Source of the DNA: Pavona decussata
Lineage: Eukaryota
Direction of reading: 5' to 3'
NCBI GenBank assembly: GCA_977016875.1
Contig: CDRNST010000310.1
Coordinates: 930,001 to 994,000 of the forward strand
Length of the DNA stretch: 64,000 nt
Shown: positions 13,298 through 27,060 of the stretch, in pieces
Position numbering within the stretch: the stretch's first letter is position 1
Layout of the letters: each line of letters opens with the position of its first letter
Program-made: the position numbers and the translations under genes
The notes under the pieces: generated by a model
What the model was told of the DNA's origin: nothing
What the model saw: the letters and a program-made list of their open reading frames with translations, nothing else
Databases searched by the model: none

Positions 13298-14310
13298 CCC
13301 TTTAAATCCTAGGTGTGTGGTATTTTTTTCAATGACTTTTTGGCAATAAATAGTCTGAGCCACTTAATTTCTCCATAAATGGAGATGAAATAAAAATATC
13401 TGCGGTCTTAAGAAACTGTGGGCTCAGGCTAAATTGTCACGTGATGCAAGTGACGGTTGTTGTTTGTTTCGAGCGAGTGCACGAGCACGAATCTGGTAAA
13501 ATCATCGCTTTATAAGTGTTTTTCGAGCCATTTTCCTCTGCAGAAACCCCCATTCTGGCATCATCAAGCTGGAATGTGGGTAGAGGCAATCCTCTGAAAG
13601 AAAACAGAGGTGAGAGGTGATTTCATGCTGACTGAGTCGCCAAACATGCTGTGTAGCAGACATGGAGGCCCACGAGTGAAGTTGCCTCTCTGGCCGTTTT
13701 GTGGATGGATTCCAGGACCTGCCAAGGCTATTTGGGCGAGTTTGGAGTAGTAAAATATTCAATGGATTCGAAATTTTGCTGGTGGTACTGGGTGGCTCGA
13801 CACTTATAAAAAAACTATGAAATGGAAAGAGCAGGAGTTCTACGCTCGCGCTATGGCTGAATTACCCAGAATTCTCTTCGGGCGTAAACGAGGCAACGTG
13901 AGATACGCAAGACTGGGTCTGATAAAATGGCTGAAGTATAGCCCTCGGAAAGCGTTGAGAGGAAAACTTCCAGTCAGATACCAAGGTCTGACCTTGAGGT
14001 TTGCTGTAAATATAGACTTTTCAATTTTGAACAAATTATTTGGATTAAAATTGACGATAAATAAGTGTAATTTTTGATGTTATTATTTGGCTGAACAATT
14101 GGCATTTAGGACTTTGTTGCCAAACGAACGGTGATATGCAGCGAAAATCGGGAGGCGTAGTCGATTTGCTGGGTTTGATGATGGAAATATACATCAGCTG
14201 GTGTCATTCACACATTATCATGACGTTGTAGCTTAAGTTAAACAAGAAGCAATTCATAGAAGCCAGAACGGTGTTTTCGACGCATATATGCGTTGTTAGT
14301 ATGCGAAGGG
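13298..14310. mobile_element. Non-autonomous piggyBac-type element
   Basis: TTAA|CCCTT ... AAGGG|TTAA termini. Confidence 0.65.
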
Positions 14311-14658
14311 TTAATATCTCTTTGGCGTGGGATACGTACGTTTCACCAGTTTTTCTAAATTTGGATGATAAATTTGCTGTAATAAACGGAAATGAAATAT
14401 ATACGAAAGACCAAAATACTCGTCATCATTTGTGGAATAAAGACGTTTTGTTTTACAGCCGGCTGATTTTGGACGCCTATTCTCTATAAAATTTTACAAT
14501 AAAACTACTCCCAAATAAACTCAGATTTTTCTACCCTGCTTTCTCATACAAGTACTATAAGGTACATTTAAATAATAAGAGCAGTTAACTAGCATTTTAA
14601 GTAATTTTACCAACTGGGACGTCATTCATGATCAGTCGAATATAATCCACCCTCCGTC

Positions 14659-14969
14659 GACACAGCGGCAAAATGAGTGCGCATGCTCGTCACGCGTGAG
14701 CAATCTTACGCCGAAATGGCGGCATTTTTAAAATTCCCACTGTCTTTTTTTTTTTTTTTCGTTTCGCGGGTATAAGCCTAAATCAATATAGATAAGGTTG
14801 CCGCTTTCAGAAAAGGTTCCTTCGAACTTCCTCCATCACATATCGTATTCAAACAAAAACATATTGTGGTAACAAGTGTGAATTTGGCGATTGAAGTGCA
14901 GCATTCGTAATCGACTCTCGCTCAAATCACAAATCTGCGGAGCATGCGCACTCATTTTGCCGCTGTGTC
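14659..14969. mobile_element. MITE with a 9-bp TSD (Mutator-like)
   Basis: 30-bp TIR gacacagcggcaaaatgagtgcgcatgctc; TSD ccctccgtc at 14650-14658 and 14970-14978; empty site in the paralog near 6275. Confidence 0.85.
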
Positions 14970-14984
14970 CCCTCCGTCTATTTA

Positions 14985-15900
14985 CGTAGTGTTTAAAATG
15001 CAAGCAGCAGTGTTTTATCGGGATTTAAAACCACGAGGAGCAGCCGAGTGGTTTTAGATCACAAATTTGACTTTCTTGGTCATGTGGTGATACAATCTTA
15101 CCGGTGTCGTGTTGCTTTTCATCGTTTAATGCCGGTTCTTGTCTCTCTTGCTTCTTTTCTGAATTACGAAGAGTACAAAGGAACCAACTTACACATCCCA
15201 TCGGTCTTCACGAATACTAAAGCAGCCACTCCCTCGATTATTTTCCAAACCCAAATCGGCTCCACACCGGTGCTGAATCACATAAACTCTTTTGAATGTC
15301 ATCGAAGGAATCTTTAGATGTTTCTGTGCGGACAAGCATTATACTCGTCGACGCACTGGACAATTGACGTACGAAGGACTCGAGTATGCTTTCAGTTCCA
15401 AGGTGCTGATATTCCTTTCGTTTTAAGTAACGTTTAAAAATGAGCAGGAGAGTTTTATCGTGTTTAAACGCACGATGCGCAGCCGATTGGTTTTAGACCC
15501 GGCGATAAAACCGTGCTGCGAGTTTTTGAACGGCTTCAAAAACATTCCTGGAAAAGCGTGTGTCAAGAGAGTTTACATTAATGATGCTTTTGTGAACGTT
15601 GGAAATTAGCATACGGGAAAAACATTAAACACCGCATACTAATAGACCTCTTTCATAAATGGAGGGCTTAATTGTTATTCTTTTGTATGCATTTAAATTA
15701 GCCTTCCTGGCCTCGCTAGCATGTGTAAAAACAAAAGTATTTTCACTCAAAAGCGAGGTCAAGAAGGCTTATTTGCATGCACATAAAAGAATACTAATTA
15801 TGCCCACCATTATGAAAGAGGTCTATAAGAAGGAGGTTTTATCGGGTTTTAAAACCACTGCACGTGATGTTTTATCGACCATTCAATAGGTCAATGGGCT
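14985..15900. mobile_element. Non-autonomous Crypton-like repeat with a nested MITE
   Basis: Motif gttttatcggg.tttaaaaccac recurs at about 15012, 15452 and 15836. Confidence 0.4.
15644..15824. mobile_element. MITE with AT TSD (ISL2EU/PHIS-like)
   Basis: TIR agacctctttcataa / ttatgaaagaggtct flanked by AT. Confidence 0.75.
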
Positions 15901-15912
15901 CATGATTTATTA

Positions 15913-16126
15913 CAGTGCGACTACTGTTACCGGGGTCACTTAAATAAAACTGGCCAATCAGATTGTGGGACGCGAACAATGAATTTCAACCAAAGCCGAT
16001 TGAACCAATCACGAGTAGACGGAAAACAACAATTATAATCCAAAAGTTTGGCATTATACACAGTTTGTATCCTACTATGATCTGATTGGCCAGTTTTAAG
16101 TGACCCCGGTAATAGTAGTCGCACTG
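15913..16126. mobile_element. TA-target MITE
   Basis: About 45-bp TIR cagtgcgactactgttaccggggtcacttaaa; TA TSDs. Confidence 0.8.
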
Positions 16127-16206
16127 TAATGAGTTTTTGAACTGTTTATCAATTCAGCTAACTCGTATCAAGATTCCCTCAAATTCTTTTGTAAGAAGGA
16201 AACTGA

Positions 16207-16410
16207 GGGTACTTTCCATTTGCCAGAACTGTAAACGAAATGCACCAATTTGAACGACGGTTTATATCACAGTTTTTTGAATGGCTTCAAAATGACGCAG
16301 ACTAGATATATACATGTATTTATATATGTTCTCAAAATGTGACATTTTGTAGAATTCAAATTAATACACTCCATTTATGGACCGACCAGTCTGACAAATG
16401 GAAAGCGCCC
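16207..16410. mobile_element. Harbinger-type MITE
   Basis: Ends gggtactttccatttgccaga / tctgacaaatggaaagcgccc. Confidence 0.65.
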
Positions 16411-16685
16411 TAAACGGCAAATTTTATTCCGCAGAAATGCGGTATTAAGCTCTGGAAATAACGAGGTACAAGGAACTTTAAAAAATATGTATCATTTCTC
16501 CTTTGTTCCTAATTAATCTTCTCACATTATTTCCCATTAAGGAAGCGCTTTTTATCGGGTATCTGTAAAACGAGGACCGGATGCGTGCGGATGGCGACGG
16601 ACGGATACCTCTTTTTATCTCCGACTGAAGGTATCACGCTCTCGTACACACGGCCAACCTATAACAGCTTTGGCCAAACAAAAAG

Positions 16686-16692
16686 TATAAAA
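16686..16692 (+). promoter_or_regulatory. TATA box of gene 2
   Basis: TATAAAA in a promoter block homologous to that of gene 1. Confidence 0.55.
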
Positions 16693-16809
16693 GGCAACGC
16701 TTCACCAGGAACCCATCGCATTTTTTACCAACGTTGTGGCATTGAGCAAGACGCCAATAGAAACCTTCTCTACCCGAATAACATTACATTATTATCTGTC
16801 TTAAAAAAA

Positions 16810-18280
16810 ATGAGTAGGGGATTCGCATATATTCTTCTGGCCATTGTGCTTTTGTCTCTCGTATCTTCGAGCAGCGCAGTTACAGCAGGATCAAGAAGGC
16901 CAGATTTCCGAAAGGGCAATCGCAGCCGGGCAGATGCACGAAAATTAGCCGACGATAAACAGGTATGTGGCCCAATGTTTAGTCAGTTCGAATGGTATCT
17001 GGGCCTTTCATCAGTTCAAAAGGCAACCTCGTTTCGTGAGATCTGATCAAAGTAATTTTTAATGTACGTAGAATCAGCCCAGAAATTAAAAATGACCTGA
17101 TACTGAGTCAGTGACTGTCACTGGGCGAAATCTTCTAACACTAATTCCACAATACTGTGGATTTTGGATTTGGAGACGAAATTCTTAAACATGACCTAAA
17201 GCATGAAAATTAATATAAGCTATATTAATTTGAGCAGTTCCTGTGGTGATCAGTGTTTATTACTCTGTATAAGTTATTTCTAACCCTTGAGTTTGTACTT
17301 CAAAGCGGCCATTCAAAATGAAAACTAAGTACTTAACAAAACGTTTCTGTTATACTGTTTATTATACATGCTAGTTCTGTGTGCGTAATCCAAATTAGAG
17401 TAGTTATCACTCGATTGAAAGCTAGTGCTCATGGTACCACGTAGATTCCGGTTTCCAAAAATGTTTCTAATTTGGGACAGTTAAGGTAAGTAATCAGCAC
17501 TTAAAGAAGAAGGGAGGAAAACAAGGAACGGCATGGATTTCTTTTTGCTTTTTTAATGATCTCGCCGAATAAAGAGATTTAAACTTTGTTTATCGGGTAA
17601 CAGTTGTCCAGAAAACGACTCAGTGTCGACTAGGGAAATGAATCTTCTTAACGTGAACAAACAACAAGTTTTCCTGAGATGTTTTTATATATAAATTTTA
17701 TTTTCTCAAGTAAAATACTTCCCGCTGAAAGTCGGCTTATCTTATCGTAACACCAAAGTGTAAGGTCACGATTTGGATAAACGCTTTTTTCGCTCATCTC
17801 TTTGACTTTTTAATCCTTAAAGGAGATGCCAAAATGAGCCATTAAAGAACGGTGCCTCCTGTTTCATACTTCGCATACGTTCGGCACATATCGGGATAGT
17901 ACGAGAAACTAGGGTTCTGAAGGACGGTGCCTACTAATACAAAGGTATTTTTGCGCGGTTTATAACTATGCGGGAGAGCGGATCTTAATGATCACCAAGG
18001 GCTATTAGATTATCCAAAACAAAGAATGGAAGTAACCCAGCATTTTGCAAATATAAGTTCAATCCTTTCAATCTCAGAGTAATCAATTTGTCATTTCTTC
18101 TTACGTTATCAATACATTATCAACCAGACAATTGAAAGTGATGAGAACATGGCCTGTCATTTTCGTTCATTGCACTAACGTGTTTCATATCTCATTCTTT
18201 TGCCAGATAACTCACTGAAGGCATTATGTCAAAAAGTGTATCCATGTTTGGAGGAATACAGACGAGATTCAAGCCTTTAG
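16810..18280 (+). pseudogene. FTAG-peptide precursor gene 2, recent duplicate of gene 1, probably degenerating (exons 16810-16962 and 18203-18280)
   Basis: Exon 1 is near-identical to gene 1 but FTAG>VTAG and GKR>GNR. The exon-2 acceptor AG has become TG (18201-18202); the next AG (18205-18206) gives ITH*. The ancestral frame PDNSLKALCQKVYPCLEEYRRDSSL* also stops early. Confidence 0.72.
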
Positions 18281-21200
18281 TTACAAGTACCCGATTCAAC
18301 GACTGTCAAAAGATGAAGAATACTGCTTGATGAATCATCTAAACTATATTTTATGACCTCTTTAGATTTTATAAAAAATAAGAGCTTCTATTTCAACAGA
18401 TGCATATGTTTGTAACTGGCATGTTAAAACTTTTAAATTAAAATAGTAACCAACATAACATTTTTGTGATTCATTACTACGGGGCGAATTGACCGTCTCA
18501 CACCCCGATTCCCTAGTATTTTATTGGGTTTTACCAACTGCTAGTACCACTTCATACACTTTAGGTTAAGATTCTTGTTAGCTTGTATAACGAGTGTTTC
18601 CGTAGATTTTGCAGCGAAAAGTAATAGTTATAATAATAGTAATAATAATCACCATCATCATCATCATCATCGCAGTTCTTGTGTCGCATTTAGCTTTAAC
18701 ACAACATGCAAGTAGCTTGTTGCTTTAGTTTGGTTCTCCACTTGGCTTGGTTCTTTACCAGCTAAGTCATATGCTTCTCTAAATTGTGGAGAACTACTTC
18801 TTGACAATATTGTCCTTTACTTGCAAAGTCCACTGAAAAGTTGCGATCGTCTTCCTTCCTTGCCCCCATTGGGCCTATCACTGTCCACCTCAAGTATATC
18901 ACAAAACTATATGTACACGTTGTCGACAATTGCTCTTAATTGAAGTTCGAGGCTTGGGTTTTCTTTTCCTTGCAATAAACAGTTACAGTTCGAAAGTAAC
19001 GGACTCTTGCAGCGACATCTCAATAAATGAAAATCTACGAGGTCGACTTTACCCATCAGGCTCAAGCTCCTTAGCTAGACTGCCATGAACAAGTGTCACT
19101 TCCAGGCCCTTTTTCGAGTGAGACATACCTTTCGGCAATTTGGTTACTGCCTTTTCCTTCAGCCCTGACACATCCTCGTTTTCACGTGATTCAGCTGTTG
19201 CTACTGCAATTTCGCTCGCATAGTCATCTCAGACGTTACAAAGACCGCCATGTTGACCCAAATATCTTGTTCCCCCAAGGGGATTAAGCAGGCATTTTGA
19301 GGTTTCAGGACGCTTAGATACTTTGCATTTTCACTTCGTGTATTTTTTCTAGATCCAATCGCAGTGGCAGACGCTGCAAGGTTTAGAGGGACCCTTCTTT
19401 GATTCACTGTGTTTCTTTGGGTAATGGCTCCCTGGCGAGTCCAAAGTTCATGTCAAGGGCGACTGTTTTTTATCCACCCATTTCACTTTTTCCTTTCCTC
19501 GACACTAATTTCAAAAAATCTTAATTAAGGTCTGTTGTTGGACCCAATAATATTGACAGCACGTTCATTTCCTTTTATTAAAAGGAACATTAGCAATGGA
19601 CTCTTGCAAGCTCTTTCTAAATTCTCAGGTGGGTTGGGTCCGCTAAATATTTGCAGCCCATTGCAGTCAAGGTTTGATCCGTTGTGCCTAAATGCCGACT
19701 TAATCCCAACTAGGAAAGTCTATTTCCATATACCATCTTCAAACAGCGATACTGCAACTGCTTAATTGACTAAAAATGCTTCCGCATTTGGAAGAGGTTT
19801 TCCAACATTTTCACTTTGCGAGACAACCATCATTGGGAGGTAAGTTTGCGTGCATTGCCATGTGAGAACCAAGATGACCTAACAGGCTGTATGATCAACG
19901 CTTGCAGGGGCTCAAAACCAGGCTAAGGTGATGCAAAGTTAACTCCAAGGGCGAAGAGCTATGATTTGCCGCAGAAACTAAATATGTATGCTTCAATTCT
20001 CGTAGCTTAGTCATTGGCAGAATTGACATGCTTTCATTTGTGTAATTTACAGTTTGTACAGGATTAAGTGACAACGTATAGACAAAGCTTGGTTAGTTCT
20101 CAAGGGAAATGTGGACGTTTCTATCACCGTGTCGCTCAAACGCCGACAACTATACTAAAGTTGTCGTGGCAAGGATTTGCTTTTTCAATATTGAAATTTG
20201 GCCGGTGTTTGGTCATTTTGCTGTGACTTCCTGTTCAGGTTAGTGATCTGTGTAAAGAAGACAATCCAATTCTTCGTTACAAAGTTCAATGTATCCAGTT
20301 TTGTCCTCAGTTTTCCCTCGTACATGCCGAACCGCGATATCGCCGCCTTCTCTTCCTCCATTTCAGTTACTAAACTCCTTTTTCCTTCAATTTTCGTGCG
20401 CTCCCTTTCATCCAGGTGTTGTCAATTTTCAAGCTGACAAATATACAGCTGAAGTTAGGCCAATTTTAAATTTCCTTCCCGCGACACCGTAGACATCTTC
20501 GATCTCGATTTCGAAACGTCAATCCGCACACTCCAAGAATACCCGGAGGCTTCAAGCACACGTTTATTGTCGCTGGTCTCCAGCTTGCGACTGCCGTTGT
20601 GAGTTTTAATTAACTAAAAAGAAAAAGCAAGTTTTTCTTTTACCCTAACGCTATCAACCTTCATATTCTTTCCTTCTACCGCTTTCAACCTCCATCCAGA
20701 TAAAAAAAAAGAAAACGAAAAAATATCTGAAACACGTTGAGTCATCCTAGAATGAGGCAAAGAGACGTTTATTGCTGCTGATCCGTTCATTTACGTTGAA
20801 AGAAAAGTTAGACCAGTCATGCCGAATGGAAAGTTTATCCAGTTAACACAGAAGCTTAAATAAATTTTATCCCCAGGTATTCCGATTCGCAGAGGAAAAG
20901 TTACTCACATTTTAAACTGTCTTCATGGTAACGAGAAAAGTAAATTTTTTAAGCTTCATCTTGGGCTTTCTATGTTCACCACAATATTTTTCTTTTTCTC
21001 CTTTGGTTGGGGGTTATAAATCCTTACTTTGGGGGTCAGAGTTCTTACGTTTGGGGGTTGGATTCACTCAAGCATGAAATCTCAGTCGCTGTGCAGTTTT
21101 ATTGATCATAATCTTAAGATAGAGAATAAATAATCCATTAAGATAAAGGAGAATCGTAATTAATTTTATCGACAGTACAAAATTTCTACTTTTGTCTACG

Positions 21201-22743
21201 AATGTCTAACTCTGTTCTCTCTTGAGACCTACAGAAACAATAGAAGTAGTCAAAATACTGTACGCCGAAAAACCCTGAATATTTTTATTTTTTCGTAAAT
21301 GTAAGGTATATTGCATTTTACTGTGTAATCAACTGCAAAACAGGAAATCGGGTTCAAGGTACAGAAAACTGTAAAGAAAGCACGTTAAAGTTACAATATT
21401 ATAATGGGCAATCAGTCATTGTCAAGAAAATGGCACCGAAAATACAACACAAAACCCTATAAGTAAAATTATCGGCAGATTTTTCAAAAGGTGAATTTCA
21501 TTACAGTGCATTATCGCAGAGATTATGACATGAAAGCAAACATTAACATAATTACATTGCGGCTCGAATTCTGTCTTGAATCGTATTTCTGAAAAACTTA
21601 TTGAATTTTATCTTTGAAGAGCTTCTTTCAGTTCAAAATGGTGTACTCACTGTGTTGTGTTGCCATTTCGTAACTGTGATGTTAGCCGAACAAACAAAGC
21701 TAATTGAAATCTGGGTTTCCAAGGTACGCACAATTCTATTAATTAATTTAATTATTTCAGAAATCCATTACTACTAGCCTTGCAACTTTTCCGTTTGATT
21801 AAAACCATCAATCGTTAAGCCCATAGCAATTGTCTGATTTCACTTCAATTTTGAGACCTTGTTTTCTTCAGTTCATAATGTGGGAAATCTTAGCACAGAA
21901 CATTGTACAGAGAATTATTTAAGGAAATCTTCACACTTTATTTTAACATTTCACGCTGCAGGAAACACTAACACTGAGTCACAACAAAAGAACAGTTCAG
22001 CCTTTGTTGTAGGGTTGAGTGGGCTGCACGCGAACCGCTCTTATGCACAGAAAACAAAACAAATGAAACGAAATTATCAGAAATTTCAACACGATTTATC
22101 TTTTCTTTGAAACTCCATTAAGGCAAAACTAGGTCAATTAAACAGGTTCAGAAAAAATACGATGCAGTAATACCCTATTCACGTAAAATGGTTCGTTTCC
22201 CATCGAACTCTTGTTCTATTATGAAAGTGGGTCGGTCGGTCGTCATGACGACTGATTTAGATCAAAGGGTAGTAAACAAAAATTAAAAATAACTGATAAA
22301 GGGAGAAGGCAAAAACATTCGAATTTTTGTTCTTATTTTTTTGTTTTTAATTGAGTCGGTTGGGAAATGGGGATAGCCTTAGAATAGATCTACAAGCCTT
22401 AAATTTCGAGCCCTATTTTAAAGTTATTTCTCACAGAGAGGCTAGGTGATCTGGTAGTTTTAATTGTGTAGAGCGGTGGCCTACAGTTTCGGAAACGGAA
22501 AAACGTCTTTCCAATTGTTTCACTTAAGTCAAAACAAAAACTGTGCAAGCTATTAGGCCCATTTCAAATGCACTGCTTGAAAAGAGCGGACGATCAAAGA
22601 ATCTTGCAAATAAAACGAGGCATTAGCAGCAGGCAAGCAAGCATAAAAGGGGAGAAATTCGCTGTGTATTTCACGATTCTCCCGTTCAAAAGACCTGAAG
22701 CTGTCCCGAGCGTCTCTAAAGAGTACTAACCGTCTGCAAAAAA

Positions 22744-22860
22744 ATGAATACAAGATTGGCTTTTCTACTTTTCATCGTTGTTTTTTCTTCGGTTTTATGG
22801 CAGAGGAGTGAAGCTTTTACTGCTGGAGCAGGGAACATCAAAAAGCGGAATTACGATCAG
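22744..22860 (+). CDS. FTAG-peptide precursor gene 3, exon 1 (signal peptide + FTAGAGNI-KKR)
   Basis: MNTRLAFLLFIVVFSSVLWQRSEA|FTAGAGNI-KKR-NYDQ; phase-0 donor CAG|gtaaca; CATAAAA at 22642; absent from the ORF track because it is short. Confidence 0.85.
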
Positions 22861-22880
22861 GTAACAAACATATTTAGAGA

Positions 22881-23791
22881 CCAAGCTTGAGATAATACTC
22901 CACTAAATCGTACTAAGCTTTTCATGCATTTATATGTTTTATGGGAACAAAGTTGACGATACATTGACTCAAAAAGGTTCTTAAATCACGCCTTACTGGT
23001 GCGGCATGATAAACATTGCCACAGTACAGTCCTTCTCAGTAGTTTTCATTCGAGTCCAAGCGTCCAAGCTTGAGATAATACTCCACTAAATCGCGCAAAG
23101 CTCTTCATACATTTATATGTTTTATGGAAACAAAGTTGACGATACATTGACTCAAAAAGGCTCTAAAATCACACCTTACTGGTGCGGCATGATAAACAGT
23201 GCCACAGTACAGTACTTCTCAATAGTTTTCATTCGAGTCCAAGCGTCCAAGCTTGAGATAATACTCCACTAAATCGCGCAAAGCTCTTCATACATTTATA
23301 TGTTTTATGGAAACAAAGTTGACGATACATTGACTCAAAAAGGCTCTAAAATCACACCTTACTGGTGCGGCATGATAAACAGTGCCACAGTACAGTACTT
23401 CTCAATAGTTTTCATTCGAGTCCAAGCGTCCAAGCTTGAGATAATACTCCACTAAATCGCGCAAAGCTCTTCATACATTTATATGTTTTATGGAAACAAA
23501 GTTGACGATACATTGACTCAAAAAGGCTCTAAAATCACACCTTACTGGTGCGGCATGATAAACAGTGCCACAGTACAGTACTTCTCAATAGTTTTCATTC
23601 GAGTCCAAGCGTCCAAGCTTGAGATAATACTCCACTAAATTGTGCTAAGCTCTTCATGCATTTACATGTTTTATGGGAACAAAATTGACGATGCATTGAC
23701 TTAAAAAAGGTATAAAATCACACCTTACAGGTGCGGCGTGATAAACAGTGCCACGGTACAGTATAAAAAATTCTCAGTAGTTTTCATTCGA
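22881..23791. repeat. Tandem repeat, 5 x 183 bp, in the gene 3 intron
   Basis: Unit start ccaagcttgagataatactccac at 22881, 23064, 23247, 23430 and 23613. Confidence 0.95.
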
Positions 23792-26606
23792 ATAGTCATG
23801 TACTTAAAGATTCGTCCGTAGTGTCAACATTACAACATATTACAACATTCAATGCTGTGCTCCAATTGGGAGATTATTAATTAGGATTAATCAGAATCTG
23901 CTGGAAACTTCGTCCACTCGTAGATCATCACTGTGTAACCAGATTGTCGCTTGCATTAGAATTTTTATTATATTTTTTATTGCACTTTTCGTCTGAGAGG
24001 TTCCGCGTTATACCTAGTCCTAGGCTATGGCATAAGTTGTTTAATGTTGTGTGGTATAAGTTTAATCTGTTTTTATATCAAGAAAAACGGAGCAAACTTT
24101 GGGAAAAGAAACAAAACAGTCCATCCAATGCAAAAACTAATGTGTACGTACTTGGCCACGCCCTCTGGTGAAGAAAACGTACGGACGAATTTCGTCAGCT
24201 GAGCTGCTTGTAACCGTTACGCAACTTTAAACAGCTGAATTTTTATCATACTGCAAGGCTTTGTGTCATAATAGATCGTTAAGCTCGTCTCTTTTTTTAA
24301 AGTTACAGCCCAACATATTTTGTTGACAATTTTCTAATCTAAATGCAAATATGGGCCCAGATAAGTATTGCCATAGAGTTCGTTTTGATCTCAAATCTTT
24401 GTTTGGGGCTAAACCAAATACTTTTTTTTCTGAAATATTGTTTCTAAGATCAAAAAGTTGTTAGATTTACCTATTCATTTGATTTCCCCTTACATTGTCA
24501 ATCTTCCATGAAACAGAACAACGCAGTTTTTAGCTTCATTATCATGACTACCTTCAATGTTCAAAAACCTTCTGAATAATAATGAGCATTTTTCTTTAGA
24601 AAGATTTCTAATTAGAATTTTTCTTTACAAATATTTCAAAGTACACCGGCGATGAAATTTCCTTTCACCGATTTAACAACTTTTTTTATCATTATAAATT
24701 TTCACAAAGGCCGGCTTGAAGCACTTGATGTTTTCTGTCGATATAACAAAAGTTAAAAATAGTATGTAAACTGATTTAATTTCTTGTTAGACTTGTAATT
24801 AAATTGGAGGAGATAAAGAGACAAAAGCTGTGATTATTCTCTTAAAGCATCGTAGGCACCATTAACCTGACACGGTTTTTTTCGCAGAGGTCATGCATTT
24901 AATAGTTTAAAAAAGCAATCTTTCTTCTTTTTCTTTCCTTTTTTTTTCCTTTTCCGGGGTGTTTTACCGCAAGAACTGATGGCCTCGTAGTAACGGAAAC
25001 ATCGCCGATGTTGACTGTACAGGTGTAGGAACATTTTCGTTGAAAAGGCAATTTACTGGATGTTTGGCGTGGTTTGGCTTGTTTATGATCATTTGCACTT
25101 ATTAACATGAGGAACGTTTTCAGTAATGACAACTGAAAATTGAAAAGATGCTCATTAAATAATATTTTTCTGTTTTCTTTGAAGTTTCTTTTAATTAAGT
25201 CCCCAAACGCCAACGCTTCTTTATCAAAGCACGGGAAGTGTACAAGTGAATTAAACCCCGAGGCAACGTGCGATTTTGATTGAACTTGAGTTTTGGAAAC
25301 AATCTTAATCGATTTGAAGAATGTGTATCTTTTGATAAGAAACGCAAGGTGTTAGAGGTTTAATCGATATTTGTTAAAATGGCTGCTGAGATGACGCTAA
25401 GAATCGGCAAAGCGCAACACGCAACTGGTTTGAATAATCCCTAGTTTGATGGTTCATTTTTGACGATCTTAAATCTCTTTTAAATCAAAGATCAGCTTCA
25501 TTTTGTCATCAGCTAGATGACATGATATCTCAGTTCCGGAATCAGGTGACTCAAGAAATACCACGGGTTTTTTTTACCATCAAATATGGGTTCACATAAA
25601 GACGCATTATCATTTTTGAAGATTTTTTCCTTGCCAAAGAGAATAGAAAATTGTCTTATTTCCGCTAATATTGGTTTTACATTTATTGCAACTTGACTTT
25701 GAAAAAAGCGGAGCTAATTTTGTTATATAGTTATTTCACTTCAAACATGGCACCGTTTTTGGAGGTATAAAATCTAATTTGACAAAGTTCAAACTAAACT
25801 GTACAAAGTATTCAGTAAAATGTAGGCTTTTGATTTGGTTAGTGGATTCAATATTTCAAGTAAATAAGTGATAATATATTATTTATACTCATTCATGATT
25901 TAAAACGGTTTTACTAGTGTCAAATGCCACGTTAACCGATTAAGAATTTTTATAACAGTTTCGTCTCCTTAACAGAATTGCTTCTCTAATCTCATAGAAT
26001 ACTATAGCGAGTTTTGCAAACGTTCCTCCTTGCATGTGATATGCGTATGCTAAGTCTAGTACAGATTGTATAAAAAATCAAGCTTATGCGATCACAGTAT
26101 GAAATCAGTATAGCCTGTGCCAATATTTGAATTGCATACTTTTCAAATTATGAATATTGACCAAGCGCAACACTTCATAAAGTCACAATCTACCTATCGA
26201 GCAAGAGGCTTCATTTTTCAAAATTAGAAAACCAAGACAGAATATCTTGAAAATGCAAGCTCTAAGATTTATTTCCTCGTGTATATTCAAGTTCCAGATG
26301 TTTATTTCCTTTACTTTTCTTTAGATGTACCGACTCTCTTTTCAAAATGTTCATCCATGACGGATATCAGCTTAATCGATTAAGAATCGGTATTGTAAAC
26401 ACGTTTCCAATTTCCTTGTATTTAATTTCCTTCTCACGCAAGAAGGACAACTAAAAATCAATTTCTACAAAAGGCTATTCAGTGATTGCAGTGTTACAAG
26501 AGACAACAAACCGCGGATGATATAATTAAAGTAAAGTAAAGTATTTTATTTTTTGTCATTAACACGGGGAATGCTTGCGCAATCTCCAGAGCCAGAGGCT
26601 CATGAT

Positions 26607-27060
26607 AAAGTGCTTGACAATAACCCAGATCGAATTGGAGATACCGGAGACATGAAAACCTCTCGGAGTAAGGACGAGAACTAAAGGCCTGTTTAAACGG
26701 TTTCAACATTTGCCCAACATTCGTTCGATCAGCAAAAGTTGAACGCCATTCAATATTTTCAAGAACGAAGGAAATGTTGAAGCGATGTTGAATGAAAGTT
26801 TAGACCAATTTAAATTTGATTCAACACCGTTTCAATAAGCTTCAACATTTTTTACGCTTTCACCAATGTTGAACGACCTGTTCAAACGCAACCGACATTT
26901 GGTTCAACAAAGTGTTGAACGCATGTTGAAGCAAATATTAAAACCGTTTGTTAAACGGGCCATGACAGGAAATTCAACCCACATGTGAAGCCGAGTCCAG
27001 GAATCGAACCCGAGCCACATTGGTGGGAGGCGAGTCTCACAACTGCGCCATCCCTGCCCT
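26607..27060 (-). mobile_element. tRNA-derived SINE interrupted by a nested MITE (26686-26961)
   Basis: Minus-strand A box TGGCGCAGTTG and B box GGTTCGATTCC; nested TIR ggcctgtttaaacggttt / ttaaacgggcc. Confidence 0.75.

Larger units (their letters stand above)
11690..14650. repeat. Rearranged duplicate of the gene 1 upstream region
   Basis: 11690-11960 matches 2860-3130; 12075-12300 matches 5220-5700; 12480-12770 matches 1740-2050; 14375-14650 matches 5990-6280. Confidence 0.8.

Noticed and set aside
16585-17046. 153-aa ORF (and likewise 6569-6886 and 49880-50179) as single-exon proteins
   Set aside because: They start at non-ATG codons in the promoter or UTR and read through the splice donor; the likely starts are 16810, 6638 and 50089
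18700-20600. Possible decayed retrotransposon coding sequence on the minus strand
   Set aside because: Composition is suggestive but I could not identify a diagnostic motif
22881-23791. CRISPR-like array
   Set aside because: No unique spacers, eukaryotic context; a plain tandem repeat
26990-27060. tRNA gene
   Set aside because: A and B boxes belong to a SINE head; no complete cloverleaf
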